Source: Tubiluchus corallicola (taxonomy: Eukaryota; Animalia; Priapulida). Taken from it: a DNA stretch of 64,000 nt. Numbering within the stretch: position 1 is the stretch's first letter; every line of letters begins with the position of its first letter. The stretch spans positions 62,001 through 126,000 of the forward strand of contig JAQGDQ010000540.1 in the NCBI GenBank assembly GCA_030141605.1, given 5' to 3'. Under the pieces are notes generated by a model. The model did not search any database. It was not told the DNA's origin and saw only the letters and a program-made list of their open reading frames with translations. Below are positions 27,030-40,178 of the stretch, one piece after another. Position numbers and translations under genes: made by a program.

Positions 27030-29102
27030 CACAGTGTTGTTTACCAGACATGGAAGAAAAATAAATACGAGGCAAAATCAAACTAAAGATAAACAAATCA
27101 AGATCTAATACACTAGATACTCACTAATTACCCTTTCCCCGGGAGGTGCACTGAAAAACCTGTCCACACTGAGATGCATTAACATCTTAGCACATTTTTT
27201 GGCATACCACATAAGTCATTGGTAACATCACTGGAAACGAAGTCTACACTGTCCAGTAGATGAGGTAGGTGAGTTAACATCGAGAATGGTTTAGCTTCCC
27301 CAGAGGCTGGCGTCAGGTAAATTTATGTGGTGATATTCATTCCAACCTCCCACGTGAACAGTAGCAACACTACAAACGGATTAAGCAAACTGTCCCAAGT
27401 ATCCACTTGGCTGTAAATTCCGATAGTGCACAGAATGCATCATAACATATCTGGACTGCTCGAAAACGTTGCTGTCCTTTAACTGTAATCACAGTTATAA
27501 AAATGCTAAATGCCAAATTGTAGCAAATTACATAGCCCACTGGCAAAACGTACAGGGGAAAAAGTCTTTACATCCTAGCGAGAAACGTGCCAATTGAAGC
27601 CGTCGAAATAAAATAGGACGACAACCTAGTTTCCGACTTATGCACTTGTTGAAAGGCTTGTTCAAATGTTTAAGTGCACTTATGTCCAAATGTAATGTTT
27701 TCTAATTTTACTACATTATTGATTGCATAAACTGGAAAGTTTTAGGACGGTAAAATTAAAAAAAAGACGTGTGAAAAGTCTGACGTTAACATATTTTTGG
27801 TTATGGTCGAGTGGGACAGGGGCACATTTTATCACCAACTGGCCATAATTGTGCGCTAAAATGATGTAATGTATTATTTAAAATATATGTGATCACGTGC
27901 ATTGTACTGTTGTGAGTAACGTTGGAGTGTAAGTGTATAGTGTAATGTTGGAGTGCAGAGAAATTCAAAAACATTACATTGGAACATAAATGCATTTAAG
28001 GAAACATGCCTTTTTGGGAGTTAACGTGTTCCGTCTGTTGACGGAATAATGCTATTCCAGACCTGTAGATATCTTTACCTGGATACAGTATTCCTTTCTC
28101 TAAAATACGGAAGCATAAAAAGGTAGTTATTTGTGAGGTCTCAAATCAATGCTTTAATAAACCCAATCACATAAAGAGTGCTTTGGCTTCGACTTCAACC
28201 TGCGAAGCTTCCAAGGTCAGTTCCTGGTATAATAATCTGTCTTTCTTTCTTATAATCTGTCTATAATAACTTACTTTCCTGGATCAACGTGTTCTGATTA
28301 TCAAGACGACAGTCAACTATATTACTCTCGTCTACACACCATTTAAAACAAACCTATCCTCGCCTGGTAATACTAGGCGATTTTAATGACATTTCCTTGG
28401 CGCACAATATCAAATCATTTCGACTTGAAACAAGTTGTTAAAACTTAAACATGTGACAAAAAACTTTTTAGACATCATATTCAGTGACCTGTCAGAATTT
28501 TCTATGAAGAAATTTTTTCTCATCACGGAGTTCCGAATTGTTTTCAGCCAATGCCTGCTATTCGAGTGCAGGGTTCTCTATATTCGCCAAGGAATTTCAG
28601 ACATAAAACCTCTAGCCCTCATTTTCCTCAAGCCAATGGTCTTGCAGAAAATTCGGTGAAGATTGTAAAGAGAACCTTCAAGAAAGCACATGAAGGCAAA
28701 GAAGATCCATTAATGGGGTTGATGATCTAGCGCAACACCCCTCTCGAGAATGGATACTCCCCCCCGGCCAATTGCTAATGAACCGCTCTACACGTACTAG
28801 ATGGTTGCAAGCCTCTTAAAGGTCGCACCTCTAATAACAATGTGCTTAAACTATAAACTACAACAAAATAATTACTTCAATAATCAATCTAGCCATAGCC
28901 CCTTACTAGAACTTGTACCTGGAAACACTGTTAGCGTACGAACTTCAAAAGGATTAGTCAGAGCAAGGAGAAATTGCAAAACAAGTAGCCCCCCAGATCT
29001 TACCTAGTGAGAACAGAAAATGGAGCCCTACACAGAATAAACCGCAAACATCTTCTGAAGATTAGAGACATGCCACCATTTGTCATGACTAACACTCATG
29101 CA

Positions 29103-31446
29103 CAGGCCACTTTATTTAGGTTGTTTAGGCCTAAAATGACCTAAAATGACCTAAATAAGATTTGAAAAATAACCTAAATAACATTTTTGCTCTTTTTCAT
29201 TTTTTGGATCGTCGCTGCTTTTTTGCGCGTCAGAGGAGCGAAAATTAGAAGAAACAAGCCACGTGGCGTCCCGTAATCATTGTGACTAGTCATTGTGACG
29301 TCATTGATTGTTGCGTCGTCAAACCCCCATACTTTCTTTTACTTAAACGAGACTAGGCCTACTCGTTTTAATTCTTCCTTGTCTCTCCTCAGTTATAGAT
29401 GGCTTCTTTTAGTCCATCCCACGAGCTTGCTTATGGGCTGAAGATTGTGCAGAGGCACCCGAAGACGCAGGCAGTCGTGGCTTCACGATGTGAGTTTTGT
29501 TATTATTTTGGTCGCGAGGAGAAGCCAGGAGCCAAACGCCAGCGAACAGAAAACGTCAAGCTGTTCACAAGATTTCGAGCAGGTCCCTACAAACAACATT
29601 TAGAAAATGAACATAGAGTTGGGTGGAGATATTATCAAAAACTCAGCTCAGAAGATAAGAGGAAATTCTTTGACAAAACTGTCCCTCGAGAGCAAACTTT
29701 GGCGATCCATTTTGAAGGCGAGGCACCTATTTGCTTCAAAGTGAAAGCTTCAATCGTGAATGACATCATTGGTGGGATGTTGCTCGATCCTGATGACCTC
29801 GAGGGACTTTCTTTCGCTCGTGCAATGGCAGTGTTCGAGGACACGGATGACGACAATCAACTTGAGGTCAACCTAAAGTCGTCTTCTCAGTTTCGACTAG
29901 CAGTCAAGTTTATTCGCGATGGAGCCAGTTTCCGACAAGCTGCGGCTTTGGTTAAGTCAACAAAAGAGGAAACAACCTCTGCTGTTTATGTGGGCTGCAC
30001 CGAAGGAAAATGTGCAACGTTTGTACGTGTTGTTGTTGCAGCGAACCTGCAAAAGCTCTCAGACATCCTAAGCAAGTGTTGGGCTTTCTCAATTGCAATT
30101 GACTCAGGCCACAGATGTGGAATGAACTACCTCGACATTCGCGTCCGATTCTACTATGCTGGAGATGTGCAGAATCTCCACTTGCTCGCTGTGCCAATGC
30201 ATTACCGGAAAACTGCTGCAAACATTTTCAATGCATGCGTCAAGTTGCTGGACGCGATTCTGCCAACCGGAGGCAATACAACCTACAATCCGAGATGAAA
30301 TCTACCTGTCCGCGGTTCGTGAACACGAGGTGGAGCTCGATGAAGCAGGTGACTTCTTGGCTTGTGGAGCACAAGGAAAGAGTGCTTGAGTACTTGGAGG
30401 AAAAGAACCCTGGTGTAGGTGAAGCTCGTAAACCCGGACCGTGGTGGGTCCTACTATGTGGACTGAATTTGGTTGCCACTGATGTCCAAGTTACAGTGTC
30501 TTACCTACAGGGAAAGAAAATTCACCTGATGGAGCAACGAGAGAAAGTCAGGAAACTCATTTCGAATTTAAAGGAGCTGTGTGAGGTTGAAGAAGATGAC
30601 GATGGAAAATTCATGTGTTCCGATGAAGAAGGGGAGAGGTTCACTTTCAATTTGGGTTTGTGGGTCTCAAATGTACTGGATGGCTGTACGGAAGATGAGA
30701 GGGTGAAGATTTACCAATCCTTTGGGAGGCTGTTCACCGGACTAGTCGACGGAATTCAAGGTGTTCTCGATGCTGACGAGGAGACCGGGGCAAGTTTGTT
30801 GGAACTCCCAAATTTATTGCCTCGAGCCTTGGTGAAGCTGTCAGGAGTGGATTTAACAAACTTGATTCGAAAAAATTTAGTTCGTCTCCAAGATGCTGGA
30901 TGGGACCAAAAACAGATTGAAAACCTTGAGACAGAATTTCATGGTCTGAAGAGAGACTACAGAAACAACGAACCCACCAAGACGGCATTGGATTCGATGA
31001 CGGACGACACCATTCCTCCAAGCTTGGAAGAACTTCGATCGCTACTCTTTCTTGATGGAATTTTCTGGAGGACATGCAACTCTCTTTCCGTCAACTGCTA
31101 CTGTAGAGGCTGACTTTGGCATTGTTGGGGAAATCAAAGATTGCTACAAGCAGAGTATGACAGACTTCAGCCTGGAAGGGTGCCTCCAAGCAAAACAGTT
31201 TTCTGAAATGATGAAAATGTGATAACTGATAATGATAAGGAATAATTTGGTACAATTTAATCACTGTGTTGAAATGAAAGAACAAAATAAATGAATAACA
31301 CTATAAGAGCCTAAAAATCTGACTTTTTGGCATCGAATTCAGCACTGATTTAACAAAAACCTAAAATGACCTAAATAAAATCTGAAAAACAACCTAAATG
31401 AGCTATTTAGGCTATTTAGGTCAAATGACCTAAATAAAGTGGCCTG
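29103..31446 (+). mobile_element. hAT DNA transposon with both ends, 2344 bp
   Basis: 19-bp perfect TIRs caggccactttatttaggt / acctaaataaagtggcctg; 8-bp TSD ctcatgca (29095-29102, 31447-31454); subterminal acctaaa/tttagg repeats at both ends. Confidence 0.95.
29399..31222 (+). pseudogene. hAT transposase in three frame segments (probable internal deletion plus frameshift)
   Basis: BED-like zinc finger RCEFC...QHLENEH; first catalytic Asp in SIAIDSG; frame jump to RRQYNLQSEMKSTCPRFVNTRWSSM; second jump to FLQAWKNFDRYSFLMEFSGGHATLFPSTATVEADF...SLEGCLQAKQ (catalytic Glu / dimerisation region). No second-Asp (TDG) or CxxH segment visible. Confidence 0.85.
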
Positions 31447-31454
31447 CTCATGCA

Positions 31455-31590
31455 CCATCTGTGAAATCACAAGTGTCTGCTAGCTAGACTACTGTTATTA
31501 ACCCACCTAGACAACAACTGCCACAAGGTTACATAATCAGATTGGGATAAGTTAGCAAACCACCTAATAGACTTATTGAAACTGCATAGC
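31455..31590 (+). mobile_element. Continuation of the interrupted Gypsy integrase tail
   Basis: Reads QGYIIRLG*VSKPPNRLIETA*, resembling the usual TRSGR..KPP.RL Gypsy Pol terminus. Confidence 0.65.
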
Positions 31591-31727
31591 TTGAATTATA
31601 CATGTGTGAAGCTTGTTTGTACTTAAACTGCAATGCTGAATAGTACTTTTTATAGAGTTAGCTAGACTTAATTAGAATGTCCTACTGCGTTTTAATATTT
31701 AAAAAAGTGAACAAAGCGGCATGCAAC

Positions 31728-34700
31728 ATGCCTAGCTTCGATTGCCATACTATGGAAGGCATCGGTGTTCGATGGACCAAATATATTGCTCGTTATAACA
31801 ACACGATGCGTGTGTTTAACGTTAACGACCCTGAGCAGTTCCTTGCATTTCTTTTTGACTTTGGTGGTGAGGATCTATATGATATATTTCATAATATCCC
31901 CAAAGAGCATAGGCAAGCCATTCCAGCTGTTGATGGTCCTCCTGCAGTAGAGGCACAGAATGTCTACCAACGAGGCATTGAAGTCCTAACGACATATTTT
32001 TCAGCTCGACAAAATACTGAATACCGGCGTTATGAATTTAGACACACAAGGCAACAACCTTCGGAAAGTCTAGTTAAGTTTATCAATAGACTAAGAGCTT
32101 TAGCAGCCACGTGTGATTTTCACGACATTAATTGCTAGCTGAAATCGCAAGTTTTAGCAGGTTGCACTTTTCAAAAATGCGAAGAAAGGGCTTAACAGAA
32201 CATACTTGGGACTTGGCAAGATTAACAGAAACTGGAAAAGCGTATGAAATCGCTGAGGCTCAAGCACATGACATTGGGCAAACTACTAGTTCAGTGCATT
32301 CACTTAGTTTATCTAACAAACGAGACAGTACTAGTACTGATACCAAAACGTTCAGAGCAATGGCAAGAAAATGCTGGAATTGCAATGGTCGACATTCGTA
32401 AAGAGATAGATGCCCCGCTTTAGGCCACATGTGTAATAATTGTGGACTTCAAAACCATTATGCAAATTCACGCAGGTGTCACGCAGCCACTAAAGGAAAA
32501 CAATATAAGCAGTGCAATAAAATACTGCATTTCGCCACAAAGTGTCGATCGAATAAACAAAGTGTACGTCATTGGCGTCCATTTCACTAAGATAGAGTTC
32601 ACACATTAGCAGGTGGACGAGAAGAGCTTCCGCCACGTGAGAGTGCACGTGAAAGTACTATAGATAGTGATTCTGATCAAGGATGAGCAGTTAACCAACC
32701 GAATACAAATGATTCCCAACCGGTGTTCACAATAATGATTAATGGTGTAAAAGTTGACGCCTTAGCTGATTCGGTAGCAGTGTGAATGCATTTACCTTGT
32801 GTGATTCTGAAAAATTACCAAATAAGCCTCATCTCACGAAACATGACCATAATGTGTATGCTCATGGCAACAGTGTACCAATGAAAGTGAGAGGCAAATT
32901 TGTTGCAGAGTTGAAATCTTCAAAAGCTACTTGTAAAACTAGTGTAGTAGTGGTAAAGGACACAACTAGATTCTTCTGAGTTGGGATACGCCTAGAAAAT
33001 TAAAGTTGCTTGATACAGTTGCTGTTGTGTCTAAAGACACGTCTCGTGAAGTCAAAAATCTTGTTGAAAAATATAATGATATTTTTCAGGGTGTTAAAAA
33101 GCTGAAAGATGTAAAAGCGAAATTACACATTGCTAAATCAATGCCCCCTGTTGTGCAAAATCAGCATAAAGCTCCATTTCAGTGCATAAAGACATAGAAA
33201 AACAGCTTAAGCTAGATGAAGAGCGAGATACCATCGAGCCATGGTCAGAACCGACACCAATCACAACGGTTCCAAAGCAAACTCCAGGTGAAATTCGTGT
33301 CTGTGTTGATATGCGTGCTGCTAATCAAGCCATAAAAAGAGAACATCATGCATCTCTTACATTGAGTGAGCTAGCCCAAGGTCTAAATGGTGCTACAGTG
33401 TTTTACAAACTAGATCTTTGCCAAGGGTATAACCAGTTAGAGCTTGAAAAAGAATCACAGTATATTAAAATCTTCACGACCCACGTTGGGCTGAAGCTGT
33501 ACAAACGCTTATTCTTTGGCATTAATAGTACAACTGAAGTGTTCGAAAATGAGATTCAAAAAGTGCTTAGCGGTCTAAAAAGCGTAGATGACATCTGTGT
33601 CTTCAGGTAGACTACTGAAGAGCATCTTGAAAATCTTTGTGCAGTGATTTATCGTCTTCGTGAGAAAAGGTCTCACTCTAAATGCTGAAAAGTGCTGCTT
33701 TGAGAAAGAAGTTGAATTCTATGGGCATATCTTTTCATGTCGTGGCATTGTGCCTAATCCCAAGAAGATACAAGCTATCCTCAACATGGGTCCACCTCAG
33801 AATGTAACTGAAGTTCGAAGCCTTTTAGACATGGCTAGCTACTGTAGCCAATGATTCATAAAGAATTATGCTACAATGATATATGAGCTTCGTGAGTTAA
33901 CCAAGAAAGGTGTTCAATGGCCGTGGACTGAGAAGCATCATCAAGCATTCGAAAACCTTAAACATGCCTGACAAAAGCTTCAGCTCTGGAATACTTTCAC
34001 TTGAGAAGAGAAACTGAAGTATACGTGGATGCCAGTCCAGTTGGTGTATCTGCCATACTCATGCAAAAGGACCCTCATTCTGAGCATCGTTACAATGTTC
34101 ATTATGCCAGTAGAGCTCTCTCTGATGATGAACAATGCTATAGTCAAATTGAGCGAGAGGCTCTAGCAATTGTTTCTGCTTGCAAACATTTAAATATTTA
34201 GTTGTATGATTCCTATTTTAAGACCATCGTCCACTTCTGCTCTACTTGATAGTGTTGTTTCCAAACCTAGTGCTAGAATACAAGGTTGGGCTTTAAGACT
34301 GCAACCTCATACTTCTGACCTTGTGTATCAGTCAGGCAAATCAAATCCTGCTGACTATCTGTCGAGACATGTTACAGAGAAAATCACTATCAGTAAAGAA
34401 CAGAGGTTGGCTGAAAGTATTGTAAACTATATATCTGAAAATGCTGTACCAAAACCTTTGCCTCTAGATGAAATACAGCATACTACTGAAAATGACCTTA
34501 CTATACAAACTGTAATTAAGGCTTTGACTGATTGGCATATTTACAAAAACGAACCTGGGGTAGATTACACTATTTATAATAGCTGTCAGTTGCTCCAAGC
34601 TGAATTGTCGGCAACTTCTGACTATAAACTCCTACCTAGGGGCAATCACATTGTGACCCCTAGTGCCTTACAAAACAAGATTGTGAATCTAGCTCATCTT

Positions 34701-36350
34701 AGACATCAAGGTATAATAGTAAAAACCAAAGCAGTGTTACGAGAAAAAGTTTGCTTCAGTGGAATAGATAACATAACTGAAAAAGTAGTTAGAGACTGTT
34801 TAACTTGCCAAATGGCAACTGACATGAAGCAGAACGAGCCGCTGTCAATGTCTCCACTCCCTCCTGCTCCATGGATGGAACTAAGTGTTGATTTCGGCTA
34901 TTTACCGAACGGTCAACACCTGTTCGCGGTTATAGATCATTATAGTCGATACCCATTCGTAGAAATTCCAATTACCACCTCAGCTAAAACAGTCAACCCC
35001 ATACTTGATAACGTTTTACTTTTGAGGGGTATTCCTCTCATCATTAAGAGTGACAATGGCCCTCCGTTTAACAGTTTCGAATTTCAGGAATATGCACTTA
35101 AGACTGGTTTTAAGCATCGGAAAATTACACCCCTATGGCCTCGTGCCAATGAAGAAGTTGAACGTTTTATGGGCACGGTAAAGAAAGTCATTAAAGCAGC
35201 TTTTGCACAGTCTTTAGACTGGAAACAAGAGTTACGTGATTTTCTCTTAGCATATCATGCTACTCCACATAGAACTACAAAGTCAGCCCCGGCTACTTCA
35301 TTGTTCGGTTCTGCTATTCGTACAAAACTTCCCGAAATATTACATCCAATCAGTGAAAATGAATCGAGATCACATGATTCTGTTGCAAAAGCAAAAATGA
35401 AATTTTAATCATGATCAAAAACCATATGTTAAGCCGTCAAACGTTTGTAAGGGTGATGATGTAGTTGTACATGACACAACTAAAAGTAAAACCATCCCTT
35501 ACAACTCCAAACCCCATAGTGTTGTAAATAGAAAAGGTTCTATGGTTATTGCTAAATCTAGTAAGCACTTTGTTACACGCAATCTATCACATTTCTCATC
35601 CTGTTCATAGTGATTCTGAGGAATCTGATATTGATGATGTGCCTGTTAAAACTCCACATAAATCTGTTAATGATTTTGGAGGAAATGGAAATGTTACACT
35701 AGCAAATCGACCTCCTCCAATGCCAAGAAGGTCTATTCGTTCTAGAAACACCCCCCCTTAAAATTTAGAGATTATGTTGCTTGAATATTTTATCTTTACT
35801 TAAGGATGTGAGCTACATCTACAGTTTTATAGTTGCAAGCTACAAGATTAAATACGCAGACAGTTGTGTGTGTCAAGTATACACTCAGTTTTATTTGATA
35901 AGCTGTATCAAACACATAAATTTTAGTTACAAAGTTTTGCTTTGATAGTTACTATAATTAGTGATACAGTAATACGTGACATTTAAAGTTATTGTTCCGA
36001 AGTCACTTATATACTAACTTTACAGTTCTACATTTACAATTGTAGTATTACGTAGTAGTCGTATCTACTTGTTGGATTTAATCATGGTTCACATTACAAT
36101 TTATTGCGTTGCATTCACACTTGAGTTGCAAACATCTTTTAAAGTTCTATTTTTAGTGATATGGTACTTATCTTATAGTAAGGAAGGAATGTGATATAGT
36201 GATATATCACTCTTTGTGTATGTCACTTCCGGCTTTACGGAAGTAGTTATTTTAGACTGGTTTTGTGAATAAAGTCACAATTTTATAGCCCCCTATAGAG
36301 TACGTCTATTGCAGCTACATCAGCTGACTGAAGACGACACTAATCCACAA
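31728..36350 (+). mobile_element. Decayed Ty3/Gypsy LTR retrotransposon (gag-PR-RT-RH-IN), 5' LTR not seen
   Basis: Gag with Cys/His knuckles (~32370-32545); protease LADS (~32762); RT IRVCVDMRAAN, KLDLCQGYNQL, SVDDI; RNase H YVDASPVG, YASRAL, YSQIEREALAI; integrase HQGI..CLTC, SVDF, SDNGPPFNS, ANEEVERF. Domain order is Gypsy. Many stops and frameshifts. Confidence 0.95.
36190..36350 (+). repeat. Putative short 3' LTR
   Basis: Polypurine tract aaggaaggaa immediately followed by TGTGAT at 36190; AATAAA ~36268; 3' end uncertain (CA at 36322 or 36349). Confidence 0.6.
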
Positions 36351-39117
36351 TAATCTTAGTTTAAAGTCTGGTCATTGTGCCGTAATCATTAACTATAATG
36401 ATAATGAACTTTATTATATTTCAAAAAATAGGCTGGTGAGGTATATGAAGAAATTGTATTCTGTGTCTGTTTAACACGAAGTGAAATTCAGTGGAAAAAC
36501 AGTTGGGCGTGGACGTGGTAGCTATGTGCCTATACAGCTTTGCTGAAGTTAGTGCTACTGCCAAATTCACACTCTTATAGTTACAAGTTTAGCTTATACC
36601 TGACTAATTACATTAATATTATAACAATTAAAAATGATAGCAGTTTTTTTGAAAACATTTTACAAATAAAAGAATACTGCAATATCGTCTCATTTAAATG
36701 AAAGTGTAGGATGCTGTTACCTGCAAAAAGACCTAGTTGATGCTTTTTTGCCCGATTTGAACATTTACAAATAACGTAGAGGTTGGGCCCTTTTAAGTAT
36801 TTCGCTATTTTACCACAAATTCACTAAACGGAGTATGTGTAACGAAAATTATTGCAAAAACTTCACACGCACGCACAAGAACGAATAGCAGAAACCAGCA
36901 GCTTGCCTAACAGCATGGTGCCTATGATTGCGTCACTTTTTCGCAATTTCTCTCTGAGGACGCACCGTTTAATTCTCTGTGCCAAGTGATCTTGGGTGTG
37001 TCAACGAAGGAACGCCGCTAGTGCGTGTTATTGCCATGAAATTTGAGAACCTGAAGTTCGAAGAGAGTTCGCAACATCCTGCTCAGTTATTTGTTAACAT
37101 CATAATCTGTATTTATCAGTGCGAAGTGCTGAAGAAAAAATTATAGGTAGAATTTAGAATAATCTTTTATCGAAAAATAAAAATTTACTACCACTGTGTT
37201 TAGTAGTGCGTTCGAGCTTCTTTAGTTATCAGTGACAGTACTAGTAGTAAAATTATAATAATCAGTAATTAAATTTTATTTAAATTTGCTTTTGGTATGT
37301 GTGCTATACACTGCACCTAGACGATTACAGTAGTATTTTATTATAGTAATAGTAGTATCCTGTTACTACTGTTATTAATAATAACATTTCCTCTGGAGGT
37401 TGGACAAACATTAGATCTGACACCATGAAGACAAATGCACTTGCAGTAAATTTTGTTTGAGATGTTCCACATCTGAAACAGCAAAAGAATTGATATTAGT
37501 GCATGTAGTTTAACTTTCGTGTTTGCTTTTTAATTGTCTTTGCTGCAAAGTGGAAATTTTATGAAAATTAATTGCTTTTTTCTTGAGAGATGCTCCCAGC
37601 CCAGGACTTGATTGCAAAAGTTTATTTGTAGTACAGTAAGTGCTCTCTTAATGACTCCTCATTTAGCTATGTTGCATTTTAATGACGCTGAAGATTTGAC
37701 GCCTTTTTTTCACTTAACGACTCTTCGTTTTGTTTTAACAACAATTTTTTTGCTTTGCACAAAGCCAATTTTTATTTTATCAACAACTTTTTTTGCTTAA
37801 CTTGATGCCTTTAAACAGTACATATTGCATTATTCTGTTCTAAAAACACACTAGTAATGTAAACACTAATGCTAGCCGTTCGTGTCAAGCAGCGCCGGGG
37901 AGCAAACTATATGCAACCTTTTGTTATAACAACCAAACTAGTGAGTGCTAAGTTTCTAGATAAAATTCCCAAGCTCACCCCAGGGCTTGGCTTTGACTCT
38001 GCTGCAGTGTTTATTGTTTAGCAGTTGCCTAAACTTAAAGTCAACCAAAGAGAAACCGCTGGCTAGCTAAGTAAGCTATATAGGTAGTTTCAAGCAAGTA
38101 GAAGAAATTAATTTGTAGAAACGTGAGTACAGCTCGTAATTTGTATGATTAAGCAGCATTGATATTTGCCTCTGGAACGTATCCCAATTCTTTTACATTA
38201 CTTTCTTTGGAAGTCTTGGCTCCATTAGTGATGTTTCGCTTAATGTAGCATTTTGCTGGAATGCATTAGCATCGTTAAGCGAGGACTTGCTGTATTTATT
38301 TTTCTGCTAGTCATTGTATAACCCTGGATATTCATAGATGCAGAATACTTGCTTATAAATCTTGTTTTTTCTGTCGGTTCTCATCAATGAAGATCTTTAC
38401 CAGAAACTTGTTTTCCTTAGGCTTACAACCTCACGATTCAAGAAGAACATCACTTTGAGTAGTAATTGGCTTTGTTTGGGATCAGTATTTATTAAAAGAA
38501 ATCCTCCATGTAACAAGTGTAATCTGCGGGAATGACATCAAAACTGCAAGTTTAAACTGCGGGAACAAACTGCAGTTTGTAGCAAACTATGTGAAATGTT
38601 GAAGTCGAGTGGCCACTAAAAACTGCTGTCAATTTCTGAAATTTATGTATATTATGAGTTGTAACTTACAGAACTTAGATCGTGGAATATTGATAAATTC
38701 TGGGGAAATGAAAATCTAACAACTTTCCCAAGCCACATTTAACATTCTATTTCTTTCCAAGTCCACTAAAAAAATTGAAATTTTTCATCACAGTCTATTT
38801 TGCTGAACTTTTTTACTCTGTTTTTAATCAATTTTTAGGCTGTCGGCATTAAATGGTAGCATTAAAATACTATAGGAATGAAAGCATTGGAAAATATTTT
38901 GCAAATAAATTGAAAATATTATGTTGTACATTGTCTTTGTAATAATTTAATCATTTGTTTTCTCTAGCCACTCTATACTTAGGCAGCTTTGTTTACTTTT
39001 TTATAGGCCTGTCTGATTATTGTTGTTAGTCGCTTTGAACATTCTGGGACTGTGTTTATTTGTTGATTTTCTGTGTATTTATTCTGACAATTTTCAAATG
39101 TCGTAAAAAAATTAAGG

Positions 39118-39300
39118 AAACTGCCCAAGTGTCCATTTGGGTGTAAATTCCAATTAATCCATAAAATGCATTACATATCTGGTCTGCCTATGAGCATTTA
39201 TGCTCATTAGCTATAGTCATAGTTATAAAAATGCCAATTGCCAAATTGTAGTCTGAACTTGAAGCCTTCAAAATAAAATAGGTCAGTAACCTACTTTACA
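39118..39300 (+). repeat. Diverged copy of a repeat also present in each array unit (~18975-19225)
   Basis: Shared aaactg-cccaagt-tcca-ttgg-tgtaaattcc, catatctgg-ctgc, agttataaaaatgc-aa-tgccaaattgtag, aaataaaatagg. Confidence 0.75.
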
Positions 39301-39559
39301 ATGTGTGCATTTTGAAGGACAGGCATGTGGCTTTTCCATCTACCTGTACTTACAGTACCTGTTCATAATAATACTAGCTAAACATTTATCTATAGTAAGC
39401 TATTTATCGAAACTCGTACACACAAACTGTCATTACATTATATTACAACCTTATAATAATCTAGCTGCAAATAGTATGTTAATACCCCCGTTCATGACAC
39501 ACATTGTTACAGTATAAATTTATTATATTAAGTCAACATGGTTAACCAATAGGCATGTA

Positions 39560-39741
39560 CAGTCAAACCTTTATATACTGCCTACTTTGGGACTGCAAAA
39601 AAGTTGGTGTTACGGAAAGTTTGTTATTATAACGAGGTGCAAACAAGTCTATGCAGACATATATATTTTGTTTTGCCAAAAATTTCGTATGAAGCGAGAG
39701 GTTGGCATTATGAAGAGGGGCATTATAACGAGGTTTGACCA
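39560..39741. mobile_element. Tc1/pogo(Tigger)-like MITE
   Basis: ta|cagtcaaacct ... aggtttgac(ca)|ta termini with internal repeated ttataacgaggt. Confidence 0.7.
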
Positions 39742-40178
39742 TATATCACTAATATGATTAGACTCTCAAGTTTACCGGAAGGTATTTTGTACATTATAGA
39801 GAATTATTTATTACATTAAGTTAAGATTGTATATACTATTTTGACATGTTTCATAACCTACAGGTGGCCCTATTTGAAACAAAAACTTCCTACATGCAGA
39901 CTGTAGGCCAAGAGCTTTTAATTGATGAATGCATAGATGTTTGTGAATGTTAGAACCTGCTAAAGACAGTTATCTTAATAATGATTTAGAGTGAGCTCTA
40001 GGTGCGATTTTTATTGCAAATGTTTTTTTATATAATTAATAAATATATTCAACAATTACATAATTAATTAATTGGTGTAATAAATACTAAATTGAGTTGT
40101 TTAATAAGTTAATTCTTCTTAATTATTTAATTCTTAATAAATTTAGTTAGCTGAACTATTCAAGTTTTTGCAGAAAGC

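Larger units (their letters stand above)
18619..31235 (+). repeat. Tandem array of three 4206-bp units (18619-22824, 22825-27030, 27031-31235)
   Basis: All ORFs recur at a 4206-bp offset (e.g. 20987/25193/29399). Differences seen: RDGAS vs RDEAS (copy 2) and RLRD vs RLQD (copy 3). Confidence 0.98.
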
